In this document: in pieces, positions 12,138 to 23,056 of the stretch
How the letters are laid out: each line of letters opens with the position of its first letter
How positions within the stretch are numbered: the stretch's first letter is position 1
Assembly (NCBI GenBank): GCA_963779615.1
Contig: CAVZZA010000003.1
Coordinates: forward strand, 832,001 to 896,000
Origin: an uncultured Nitrososphaeraceae archaeon
Lineage (GTDB): Archaea > Thermoproteota > Nitrososphaeria > Nitrososphaerales > Nitrososphaeraceae
Direction of reading: 5' to 3'
DNA length: 64,000 nucleotides
Position numbers and translations under genes: made by a program
Notes under the pieces: generated by a model
What the model was told of the DNA's origin: nothing
The model's database searches: none
The model's input: the letters and a program-made list of their open reading frames with translations, nothing else

Positions 12138-12770
12138 TATTTTTTAAAAATACAAGTCGAATAAGGTAAAAACAACTAGAGAACAACGCACAATAATGAT
12201 GGAAGTTAAAAAGGCCCCGTATGCCAAATACAACCCATAGTTTTTGACAATGTATTCTTTAGTAAATCAAGAAACAACATCAGCATCCCAAAATACTAAT
12301 GGAAGTCAACTGTTTACATATATCCAGTTTTCCGATAGAAAAAAATTGAGGCCCCATATCGCCCGCATTATTAAATGATCTTGTTTTTGCATGGAAAAGA
12401 AACACTGTACAAAAGTTTAATCCTAGAAATCCAAAAATAGGATTCAGGCATTTTAAAAACATGAAACAACCCAAAGTAGTCGGTTTTCAAAAAACGATGG
12501 CACATAACACCGCAAGATTGTAAATCCCAGAAATTAAACCGCCTGATTCCCTTTTCTACATAAAAATGATAAGGCATTGTTGAAAGAATGGTGTAACACA
12601 TCAAGTACTGATTAGAAAATGTTTACAATTCCCTCTTTAATGAAAAAACAAATGAACTATAGCATAAAGTAAGCTGGATAAATCATTTGTAGATCAGACT
12701 GATAAGAAAATAAACTTAACTTAGAAACAAGATTTCATTAAACAAGCATATAGAATAAAAAAAGAGGATA

Positions 12771-13127
12771 TTACATCCTTACTGGTTTTTCACCAGCTAC
12801 TTTCAATATCCAAATGATTCCTAATACCTCAATTACAGTCAATACAGACAGAGCGTATATGCCACTGGGTAATGGATATGCCCAAGGATATATAGTAACA
12901 CCTACGTAAATTCCTCCTGCCGTAGCTACCCAGCACAAGATAAAGCCTAAAACGAAAATACCTCTCATGTTTTCAACTCTACGTCCGATCATACGTTCAA
13001 TTTCATCTCTACTTGATCCTGAAGAACCTGATCCTGAAGAACCTGATCCTGAAGAACCTGATCCTGAAGAACCTCCACCGCTAGTTCCCGATGGTTTATT
13101 AGGACTATATCCTTTTGGTAAAGTCAT
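12771..13127 (-). CDS. amoX: Ammonia monooxygenase-associated subunit AmoX
   Basis: MxLPKG start, IERMIGRRVENM, YPWAYP..SG and two TM helices. Lies upstream of amoA on the same strand. Confidence 0.9.
   Translation of the reverse strand: MTLPKGYSPNKPSGTSGGGSSGSGSSGSGSSGSGSSGSSRDEIERMIGRRVENMRGIFVLGFILCWVATAGGIYVGVTIYPWAYPLPSGIYALSVLTVIEVLGIIWILKVAGEKPVRM
13014..13073. repeat. Four perfect 15-bp tandem repeats inside amoX, encoding GSSGS x4
   Basis: TGATCCTGAAGAACC x4. Confidence 0.95.
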
Positions 13128-13620
13128 ATTAAGTGTAATTAATACAATACCTTTTTAAATTTTGCTATTCACTTTATCATTATGGATATATTATAAGTTT
13201 TGTTAAAAATTTTTAATTTTACACAAACATTACCTATTAATTCATGCATAAATAAAATAAATAATAATATTGAAATGCATTAGTTTATCAATGATCAAAC
13301 AACAAGTTAGCAATAACCTAATTATAAACAAAAAGAAGTAGTAACACAGAATAGCCATTTTTACTGCAATGTTCCATGCAAACATTTCAAAATATGATGC
13401 ACGTCCAAAAAAAGACATCCAACACGTATGCATAAGCACATAAAGAACAATGGGCAGCATTTGATACCTAAATGGCCATAAACCAAGAAAGGCAAAAGGT
13501 CCCTGAATTAGGGACATTCATTTTCTGCGCGCTTCTGGTTAGGCAAAACAGCCAAGTTAAAAAATTAACCCATGCCCAAATAACAATTAACCCTTTATAT
13601 CCATAAATGATATAAAAATT

Positions 13621-14592
13621 ATGGCTATTTCATTAATTTCATCGGAGAAGGAATCAAAAGGACAAAAAATAAAAATCAATGGACAGGGCAAGATTGTTAA
13701 AGGAAGCACATTAATTAAAAGAGGGTTTGCCCACATGCAGAAACATGGAGTAATAATGGATGTTACAAATGTAGAACAAGCTCAAATAGCTGAGGATGCT
13801 GGTGCGGTTGCAGTAATGGTTTTAGATAAACTGCCTTATGACGTAAGAAAAGCCGGCGGTGTTGCAAGAACTGCTAGCATCAAATCCATCATCGATATAA
13901 TGAATGCAGTATCTATTCCCATAATGGCCAAATGCAGAATAGGCCATGTAACAGAAGCCAGAGTACTAGAGTCTTGCGGAGTTGACATGGTCGACGAGAG
14001 CGAGGTGTTAACTCCAGCCGATGATGAAAATCACATATGGAAATGGGACTTTACTACACCTTTTGTTAATGGAGCTAAAAATTTGGGAGAAGCCTTAAGA
14101 AGAATTGAGGAGGGAGCATCAATGATAAGAACCAAGGGGGAGCCAGGTACAGGCAATGTTGCCGAAGCAGTGAATCATATTAAAAAAATAAATAAAGAAT
14201 TAAGAGAAGTAAGATCAGCATATCAAGATAACGATTATCAAGAATTGGTGAAACTATCAAGAGAGCACAAGGTCTCTATAGAGTTGGTTAAAGAGGTCGG
14301 GAGACTAGGCAGGATCCCCGTTGTAAATTTTGCAGCAGGAGGAATAACAACTCCCGCTGACGCAGCTTTTTTAATGAGCCTAGGATGTGACGGAGTTTTT
14401 GTAGGGTCAGGAATTTTTAAATCTGATGATCCGTCTCAAAGAGCAAGATCCATAGTCATAGCTACTACCCATCACAACAACATTGAAGAAGTAATGGAAG
14501 CACAAAAACTGGTAGACGAAAAGAAATCACTATTGGGCCTAGATACAAAAAATTTAGAACTAAAGATGCAAGAAAGAGGTCCCTCTTTTTGA
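13621..14592 (+). CDS. pdxS: Pyridoxal 5'-phosphate synthase lyase subunit
   Basis: [23 protein letters not shown] and [13 protein letters not shown] motifs. Confidence 0.96.
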   Translation: MAISLISSEKESKGQKIKINGQGKIVKGSTLIKRGFAHMQKHGVIMDVTNVEQAQIAEDAGAVAVMVLDKLPYDVRKAGGVARTASIKSIIDIMNAVSIPIMAKCRIGHVTEARVLESCGVDMVDESEVLTPADDENHIWKWDFTTPFVNGAKNLGEALRRIEEGASMIRTKGEPGTGNVAEAVNHIKKINKELREVRSAYQDNDYQELVKLSREHKVSIELVKEVGRLGRIPVVNFAAGGITTPADAAFLMSLGCDGVFVGSGIFKSDDPSQRARSIVIATTHHNNIEEVMEAQKLVDEKKSLLGLDTKNLELKMQERGPSF

Positions 14593-15218
14593 CTGACAAC
14601 ATAAAGATAGGTGTTTTAAGCATTCAAGGAGATATTGAAGAAAACGTCCAGGCATGTAAAGAGGCTTTGAATGAAACAGGAATTACAGGAGAAGTCATCG
14701 AAGTGAAAAACTATGAGGAAATACTGGATGTTGATGGTTTAATTATTCCCGGCGGAGAAAGCACAGTAATTAGTACAATGATGTCACTAAATCAATCCAA
14801 TTGGGAAAAACTAAAGCAAAAAATTAGTGAAGGTTTACCAGTTTTAGGCACATGTGCAGGGATGATAATATTAGCAAAAAGAGTCCTTGATAAAACAATT
14901 GGCGAAACGCAACAAAAATTACTAAAAAGTTTAGATGTAACAATAGAAAGAAATGCATTTGGCAGACAGCATGAGTCATTTGAAACTGATTTAAACATAC
15001 CAATCATTGGAGAAAGACCATTTAAAGCTGTATTCATCAGAGGGCCAATTGTTAAAGAAACTGGCAAGGATGTGCAAATTCTATCAAAATATAATGACAA
15101 AATTGTGGCAGTTCAGCAAAACAACATCATCGGAACATCTTTTCATCCAGAGTTGGCAGAAGACAATAGGTTTTATTCCCATTTTATTAGAACGATTTTG
15201 AAAAATAAGAAATCATAA
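14589..15218 (+). CDS. pdxT: PLP synthase glutaminase subunit
   Basis: PGGEST, GTCAG, RNAFGRQ and SFHPE motifs. Overlaps the pdxS stop. Confidence 0.96.
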   Translation: MTDNIKIGVLSIQGDIEENVQACKEALNETGITGEVIEVKNYEEILDVDGLIIPGGESTVISTMMSLNQSNWEKLKQKISEGLPVLGTCAGMIILAKRVLDKTIGETQQKLLKSLDVTIERNAFGRQHESFETDLNIPIIGERPFKAVFIRGPIVKETGKDVQILSKYNDKIVAVQQNNIIGTSFHPELAEDNRFYSHFIRTILKNKKS

Positions 15219-16030
15219 GATATAGATTACTATAACCTCATGTATAAAGATTAAAAACAATTCATTAACAGATTGAAGACGGTAAAGATTATTTTTAACC
15301 CTATTTGCAATCTTCAGCCCATGGTCCACAAATCAGTCTAATCGAATTAGATGTTACTTAAAGACACTTGCAATTTTAATATCCATATGGGTTTAATTGC
15401 TCTGCAAGGTTAAGACAATTTTTCCCATACAGTATACAAGAGAAAGGTTAGGCAAATAATTAATTATTTTTCTTCCGTTCCAATTCAATAAAGCAAACAT
15501 TTATGAATTTATTTGGAGAGGCCACCAACCCAAAAAATTAAAAATTTCTAATGGATCTTTCTTTGCTGAGCGATTGTATCCCCACATCATATTTAGATGG
15601 CATTGTTTTCTACCTCAATTGCATTAACTTACTATCATTCATCGTTTCGCCTCACAGTAACAAATCATAACTTTTTCTGACAATAATCCCTAATCCCTGA
15701 CATAATTTGGTTTGAAATAGCATCATGAATTTATTTCATCCATATTAACAATATACTTAAATAATCACAATATCCATATCGGAGTTGCATCAAGAATACC
15801 ATTGGGTTAGCCAATAAACTTGTTTATGGGTTTTTTGCTTTTGCGCATATTATCATAAAAGCAGAGCCTGCTAACTTGATATCTTTAACCCCATAAAAAA
15901 TCTCAGCATGTGGCTCGCGGTATTTAATATGTGAATTATTTTACGATAAAAAATGGCGGCAGATATTGTCCGGGCAATGACATGCAAAATCTGACAGACC
16001 ATACCATCAATTATAAATCATGTTCAATAG

Positions 16031-16147
16031 TGCGGGAGGTGGGATTTGAACCCACGAACCCCTGAGAGACGGGATCCCTTATGGAGATCTTAAGTCCCGC
16101 GTCTCCAAAATTATTTAATTAATTTGGCCAGGCTCTACAACCCCCGC
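16031..16147 (-). tRNA. tRNA-Leu(UAA) with two introns (16103-16121 at ~23/24; 16076-16088 at 37/38)
   Basis: Acceptor stem GCGGGGG/CTCCCGC, anticodon arm CGGGA-CTTAAGA-TCCCG after intron removal, long variable arm, T-arm GTGGG-TTCAAAT-CCCAC. Both inserts form bulge-helix-bulge (BHB) motifs. Confidence 0.93.
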
Positions 16148-17037
16148 TCTTTTTTAATTTTATTTCTGCTGGACTAATATATATAGTATAAAAGTTAAAG
16201 ACAATCCAATAAAATATATCTATAGGTTTAGCAAAAATATGATAATGCGATCTTGAAACAACTCTAAAAATGGACAATAAAGATATTGAAGGTTAATGAA
16301 CATTATGAAATGGATATACACTTACAACGAAAATTATTTTGATAGGTATAACATTAATATCAAATATACAGTCTTCGGATTTTCCATATAGATAGTCTAA
16401 TTATAACAGCACAAGCAAAACAAAAGAATTAACTTTTTTTATAAAACAATAATTGATGAAAGCATTATTGATAAAGGAATCAAAGTATGAAATCATCATT
16501 ATCAAATGCAACAAACCAAAATGGCAAAAAACAGAATGACGCCTTACACTTCATTTCTGTCATTTGTTCGGAAACTCTACCTATTACCAGTACATTAGAA
16601 ATGCCCAAAAAAATCAAAATAGTCCAGAAAAAGCAACATATGAATAGTTTGTTTGAAAAATAAGTTTAAATCGATCAAAGGAAGCAAATTTAACAGAGCA
16701 GGCCAAATACACAATAAAGATTGCATCTTATGGATCCATAACAGATTTTCTGCCAGAAATTAATGCCCTATGAAATGAAATAAAATATGAACTAATCCAT
16801 CACAACAACCTTTTTTATCGTGACAGATGCAGGATTTAGGGGGATTAATTCTCTATAAATCCACTAGATTAACTGGGGTATTCTGCATTTTCATAAAAAT
16901 ATGAGTTTTGGCCAATTCATTATTAAACTGTTTTACCATAATAGGTTCAGTTAAGCAATCACATATCAAGAAAGATATTATTTTAAGAACCTGTATGCAT
17001 TGCATGTCCAATTTGATACATTCATATCAATCACACA

Positions 17038-17507
17038 TTAAATGGGAACATCAGAATAATTCGCCTTAGCTGAGGAATTAAAGACATTTGAAAGATTTTG
17101 AGTTATTGTTTTATTTACAACATCTAAACTAACAAAAGGATTTGAAAGAAAAGAAGGCGAATTGGTGCCATTTGATGATATGGAGTTTTGTGATGTTCCT
17201 ATAGATCTATGTATACCATTGTGGGTGATTGAATAGAATCATCACACTTATTGTAGAAATCGCAAAATCCTTTGAATTTATATATTGAGATATTATACCT
17301 GTTATTATATACATGTGTATCAAAGTGAGGACCAACAAATGCGGTTTGGCCATCAATTATACCATAGGAGTTAGTGGAACATTTAGTTATCTGAATGGCA
17401 TTTTGCGTTGCTTCAGGTAAATTAGGGGTTTCAGAAAACGCTAATGGAATATTTACAATCGGCATTATAAGTGAGGTAATGACTATGGCATAATATTTAT
17501 TCAGCAT
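17038..17507 (-). CDS. Putative secreted protein (frameshift ~17220)
   Basis: Signal-peptide-like N-terminus (YYAIVITSLIMPIVNIPLAFSE). A second frame continues as an N/S/T-rich tail to the stop at 17038. Confidence 0.5.
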
Positions 17508-17726
17508 AATTGGAAAAAAATTTTCACTTCCTATCAAATATTAGCATGGAAAAATGTAAAAAAGATTTAGAAAAAAGTAAAATGTAAAATCATATTTTAC
17601 CAATAACAAGCATATCACATGTACATTTAAAAAAAAATAAACAATGACTAACACAGTAGTATAAAATTACTCATGGTTTAGATCTACAACTACATTTACA
17701 GATTGGAATGAAGACTTTGAAAAATA

Positions 17727-17859
17727 GATCTCCTGCGTGGTAGGCACCATTAAAGATTCTAAAAAAATTGTTGTTTGCCAATTGCGATACGCAGTTTTAA
17801 AAAGTTGACAATATTTGGAAAAATGCTAATGTGTAGGTGTACAATTAGAAAAAAGAACC
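17727..17859 (+). mobile_element. Degenerate MITE, family 2 copy A
   Basis: Left end GATCTCCTGCGT resembles the IS5-type TIR in this window. The 32-bp core at 17772-17803 is identical to 23675-23706. Confidence 0.6.
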
Positions 17860-17912
17860 AAAAAACCAAAAAAATTTTTAATCATACGATCAAAAAAAAA
17901 GATAAAAGAAAT

Positions 17913-18417
17913 CTATCCAGAGCCTATTTGATTAACAGGTAAACCTATAACTTTATCGCCTGAGGATGATTTAAGATATTCTTGCAACTTCAACAGATTT
18001 TCTGTTACGCCAGTCCCATTACCGTCTTCATTTGCTTGAACAGCGCCATTTGACCATTGTAAGATGCTCTCAAGTTTCAGATTTCCACCAGAACTTTGTG
18101 AAGATGTTTGATTATTTTGTGGTGGAGATGTTGCTTTGGTGGTGGAGATGTTTGATTATTTTGTGGTGGAGATGTTGTTTGGGTGGTGGAGATGTTTGAT
18201 TATTTTGTGGTGGAGATGTTGATTATTTGGTGGTGGAGATGTTGTTTGTGGTGATGTGATTGTCGGTTGTTGCAGGTGCTGTCTGGTTGGTTGTTTGGTT
18301 GCCTAAAGGTTGAATTGTTTGACTCTCTTGACCATAAACACTAAAGCTTAAGGACCCGAAAACCAAACTTGCTGCTAAAACTATTGGAATAGCTAACAAT
18401 AAAGATATTTTTTGCAT
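17913..18417 (-). CDS. Secreted low-complexity protein with TSPP/NQT repeats (frameshifts within the repeats)
   Basis: Signal peptide MQKISLLLAIPIVLAASLVFGSL. Repeats follow, then the C-terminal frame GGNLKLESILQWSNGAVQANEDGNGTGVTENLLKLQEYLKSSSGDKVIGLPVNQIGSG*. Confidence 0.65.
18103..18256. repeat. Imperfect ~21/24-bp coding tandem repeats
   Basis: About six copies of the core GTGGTGGAGATGTT, reading TSPP on the minus strand. Confidence 0.85.
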
Positions 18418-18950
18418 GTTGTATTTATTAAATACCTTCTTTAATATATTTTTGTTTCCATAAATAATAATAATAAATACAGAATTATGTTATAGTAAAA
18501 AGTAATATATTCTTATATGAGCAGGATAGACGATAAACTAATTATTAGATATCAACAATAAGCACCTATTTTAGGTCCTGCAAAACTTAAGAAAGAATTC
18601 TTTTTTGAATATCAATTAACGAAATTAATAAAAATAAGGTTAATTATCTTGTTGGATTTAATCTCAATAAAAAAAAATTATCATACCATCTAGAAAAACC
18701 AACACACTAACTAGAAAACAGATGTAAATAAAATAAATTTACAGATTGCATCAATCGTTTCTGGATTAAGCAAGTCACAAGTTTACAAGGGTCAAAAGAG
18801 CTTTGAAAACACTACGGGCATAAAATGGATTCATTATTTGAGTTCATTTAATCAGAAATAGAAGAATTTAATCTTTAGGAACTAGAAATACAAATGTTCT
18901 GTTTGAAAAGGTAAGATGGTATTAGATATGGTTTAAAAAAAAAGAGGATT

Positions 18951-19492
18951 TTAGCCGGAGCTAGAATCAGATGAGTCAGAGCTAGAATCAGATGAGTCAG
19001 AGCCAGAGCCAGAGCTAGAATCAGAGCCAGAGCCAGAGCCAGAATCAGATGAGCCAGAGCCAGAGCTAGAATCAGATGAGTCAGAGCCAGAGCTAGAATC
19101 AGATGATGGGATACTACAATTTGCTTACCTGTTGCTTGGGACAAGTTTTGTTGCATTTGACTAAGGAGTGTTTCTGCCCCAGTAGCATTATCATCGTTCA
19201 AAGCAGATATAGCCTGACCTGTCATATTGAATAATTTTTCATTCAAGTTTCCGCCTGTTTGGTTTCCCATTGCACTAGTTTGGTTTCCCATTGCACTAGT
19301 TTGGTTTCCCATTGCACTAGTTTGGTTTGCTGCTGCACTAGTTTGGTTTGCTGCTGCACTAGTTTGGTTTGCTGCTGCACTAGTTTGGTTTGCTATTTGA
19401 CCGAATGTGTTTACGTTTGCAAGACCTGTTGCTAACAATAATGTAGTAGCCAATAATATTGGTACAGATAAAATGAATAAATTTTTCATCAT
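18951..19492 (-). CDS. Secreted protein with NQTSA repeats and a Ser/Asp/Gly tail (frameshift ~19110)
   Basis: Signal peptide, seven NQT sequons and a helical core. The alternative frame after ~19110 reads PSSDSSSGSDSSDSSSGSGS...SSSG*, stopping at 18951. Confidence 0.75.
18955..19105. repeat. Degenerate 6/9/12-bp coding repeats (Ser-Asp-Ser-Gly tail)
   Basis: AGAGCC, AGAATC, AGATGAGTC and AGAGCT units. Confidence 0.85.
19257..19394. repeat. 21-bp tandem repeats (NQTSAMG x3, NQTSAAA x3, plus a partial unit)
   Basis: GTTTGGTTTCCCATTGCACTA x3 followed by GTTTGGTTTGCTGCTGCACTA x3. Confidence 0.95.
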
Positions 19493-19723
19493 AATACCTA
19501 TGTAAACAAGACTATTATATGTTTATAGGTCATTTTATACTAATCAAAACATAAATTATTCATGCATATCAATACAATGTTTAAAAATTCCTTAGAGGTT
19601 TGATTCGGTGTTTATAGAGGATTTACAAAGATCCTACTTATTTTGCAAGGTCACCATTCTCAATCGCTCAGCTTTACTCCATCATCCGTATTACGAGCCC
19701 TTCAAATGTTCTGTTTCAAAAAA

Positions 19724-19798
19724 AGCCTTGGGTGGGATTTGGACCCACGACCTTTGCCTTACCAAGGCAACGCTCTAGCCAGGCTGAGCTACCAAGGC
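19724..19798 (-). tRNA. tRNA-Thr(GGU)
   Basis: Acceptor GCCTTGG/CCAAGGC, anticodon arm TTGCC-TTGGTAA-GGCAA. The T-loop reads TCCAAAT. Confidence 0.93.
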
Positions 19799-20256
19799 AT
19801 TTTATTATAAAAAAAATTAATAGCTAATTTAACCATTTCCATTAAACATATAAAATATAACAGGTGTAAACTAAAGTTATTCTTTTGCTGGATGGGCACA
19901 GTATTCCGGTTTAAAAGTCGATCAAGTTTCTCCAACTCAAAGTTTGGAAGGCAGTTTCTTTAAAAGGTTTAATCACGGCTCTTATGAAAAACCACGGCCA
20001 CACCCTCGTTTACCGCCGCCCTTGAATATGGAAAATTGTGTGGTCCAATTGGAAAAAACACCTCACTTTTTTAACAATTTCAGTTGTTTCGGATGGAATT
20101 TTTACTAGCATGTGAAGAACATAGGGGTTTTCAGATTGACTCCAATACATGTAGATCCATATTTAATCTTTTTACCATGTTATTATATATGCTTTAAAAT
20201 TGATCAATCAGATATTATGTGAATCAGTTCATTTATTGAGAACATTATTATTGATT

Positions 20257-20716
20257 TTAGTTAAAAACATCATTCATCTCCAAAATCTTTTTCAGAGATC
20301 TATGTCTATTGTAATCATCTAACAGTATTTTTGACAAATGTTTAGTTATATCAGTTACACTAATTACCCCCATGATTCTATTATCGGCTTCAAGCACAGG
20401 AAGCCTTTTTATCTTGTTTGAAAGCATCACCCTTGATGCGGTATCAACCGAATCATAAGCCATGATTGTTATTAATGGGGAAGACATAATATCTTCCACT
20501 AAAACATCACTCGCATTCAAGTTAGTCAAACACACCCTCTCCACCAAATCTCTTTCCGTAACAATTCCCAATGGTCGGTTTTCTTTATCTATAACAATAA
20601 CAGAACTTATCCGTTTTTCAGTTATAATTGATGCAACGTCTTTTGCATTTCTATTTGAAAACGCTGTAATAGTAAATGGTTCTCTGGAAAGACATTATTT
20701 CGCTTACACTACTCAT
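20257..20716 (-). CDS. CBS domain-pair protein (frameshift near the 5' end)
   Basis: GIVTERDLVERVC, IMSSPLITI and IKRLPV motifs. The ATG at 20716 (MSSVSEIMS) is in another frame. Confidence 0.85.
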
Positions 20717-21304
20717 TAATATTTTAACTAACTGTAATTTGTACAACACATATAAAAATATATAAACAGAAAAAACTTAACTGATAAAACAAAATCAACT
20801 ATAATCACAATTCATATACAATTATTTACAATTCCAATAGAAACATAACAACAAATAAAGAAATAAAGTTATTTCAAATCACAGTTTCCAATAAGCAGGC
20901 AAACATAATTTACAACACAGTAATTTGCAATTCAGCGTGTATGTCTGCTTTCACATATGAGCCGCCCTAGCCTAAGCATATTCGGTAAGATCCTATTCAT
21001 CGTCACGATAATAAACAAAGAAATGCTATCAACTTTATTTAATATGTTAAATCCTTTTCACATATTTATGGTCGTAATGAAGGCACCATTATAAAGGGGA
21101 TACAAGAAAATAGGAAAATAGGAAAACGGACAACAAACAGATGCAAAATGACGCGTTTTTCTTCTTTTAAAATACCAGATGAAATTAAGAAATAACACAT
21201 TGTGATGATACGCATTACTTTGAACAACCCTGTGCAATACACAAAGCCGGCTAACAATTAAGATGTACATAAAAAATAAAATCGATAAGTTTTAACTGTA
21301 ATTA

Positions 21305-23056
21305 ATGTATTTTTCAGAGCTTGCTGAAATTTTTGAAAAGATGGAAAAAACAACCAGCAGATTAGAACTTACCAATCATCTTGTTCACATATTAAAAGAA
21401 CTCCTCAGAAATAATTGATAAAATAGTTTATTTAATTCAAGGCAAATTAGGACCAGACTATCAATCTAAAGAGTTAGGAGTGGCAGAAAAAGTTGCAATA
21501 AAATCATTAGCATTAGCAAGCGGTTATTCTGTTAATGACATTCAGACGAAATACAATAAAATTGGAGACATAGGGGATGTTGCTTATGAAATATTAAAAT
21601 ATAAATTACAAAGACATTACTTATACGAAAAATTAACAATCGAAAGAGTATATGACACATTAATAAAAATATCAAATTAACAGGGTCTGGTTCAGTAGAT
21701 CACAAGTTAAAGTACATAAACAGCTTGTTGAATAATTCTACCAACTTAGAAAGCAAATTCATTTTAAAACTAATACTTGGAAATTTAAGACTCGGAATAG
21801 CAGACTTCACAATTTTGACGCAATAGCCATATCATTTACAGGAGATAAAAAAAACAGAAAAGTGCTGGAAAGAGCATACAATGTCTCCAGTGATTTAGGA
21901 AAAATTGCAAGAATATTGTTTAATGGCTCATTGGATGAAGTTCAATCTATCCCAATTTCTTTATTTGTTCCAGTCCGTCCAATGCTTGCTGAAAGAGCAT
22001 CTGATGCAGATGGAGGCATTAAAAAAAATGAGTGGAAAAATGTGCTATGCGGAATATAAAATAGATGGAGAGAGAATTCAAATCCACAAACACAACAATA
22101 GGATAGAGATGTATACAAGAAACCTAGAAAACGTCACAAACAATTTTTCAGATATAGTTGATGAATTTAAGAAAATAAATACCAAAGATTTATCGCAGAG
22201 GGAGAAATTGTTTCTATTGATTTAATGACAAGAAGATTTCTTCCCTTTCAAAGTTTAATGCATAGAAGAAGAAAATACAAAATAGAGGACGCAATCAAAG
22301 ATTATCCTGTAATTCTAAACCTATTTGATATATTGTTTTACGATAACCAAGATAAAACAAATTTACCTTTTTCAAAGGAGAAAAATTTTGGAAGAAATTT
22401 TTTGGGTTTTAAAAATAACAAGATCAAGTTGATCAGTCAGACAAGAGTTACAGAAATAGAAGAAATAGACAGGTTTATGGCAGAAGCAATTGAAAACGGC
22501 TGCGAGGGATTGATGATTAAAAACCCTGAAAGTCATTACCGTGCCGGAGCAAGAGAATGGGCATGGATAAAATTGAAGAAAGAATATTCAAACAAACTTT
22601 TAGATACAATTGATTTGGCAATAGTAGGCGCCCTATATGGAAAAGGGAGAAGAGTTGGAAAATATGGAGCTTTGTTATTGGCGGCATATGAGCCCAGATG
22701 AAGACATTTTTTTTACAATATGCAAGGTAGGAACAGGATTTACTGACGAAATACTTGAAGAAATTACAAAGAAATTAAAACAGCATGTAATAAAAAACAG
22801 GCATCCGCGAGTAAATCCAGGTGCAATTAAAATGGATGCATGGTTTGAGCCAAAAACAGTTATAGAGATATATTCACCTGAAATAACCCTAAGCCCAATG
22901 TATACAACATCTATCAACAAAATAAAAAGAGGGTATGGATTAGCGCTACGATTCCCCAAATTTACAGGTAAAATAAGGGAAGACAAAAATGCAGAGGACT
23001 CAACAACAGTAAAGGAAATTGAAAACATATACAAAAAACAGTTAAAATCAATTTAG
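21305..23056 (+). CDS. lig: ATP-dependent DNA ligase (many single-base frameshifts)
   Basis: MYFSELAE..., PVRPMLAE, motif I EYKIDGERIQIHK, EGLMIK, WIKLKKEY, CKVGTGF and ALRFPKF are distributed over successive frames. Confidence 0.92.

Noticed and set aside
13499-13515. Hairpin GTCCCT-GAATT-AGGGAC upstream of pdxS
   Set aside because: A 6-bp stem is within chance expectation, and no riboswitch-like context was recognised.
13242-13517. 91-aa hydrophobic ORF upstream of amoX (also 43974 and 44417)
   Set aside because: The composition is typical of AT-rich non-coding DNA, with no motif support.
18103-18256. Short direct repeats as a possible CRISPR array
   Set aside because: The units are only ~20-24 bp with no unique spacers, they lie in a signal-peptide gene, and there are no cas genes.
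18875-19110. HLILALAL hydrophobic C-terminus in the ORF track
   Set aside because: This is probably a wrong-frame reading after an indel. The alternative frame gives a Ser/Asp/Gly tail with a stop at 18951.
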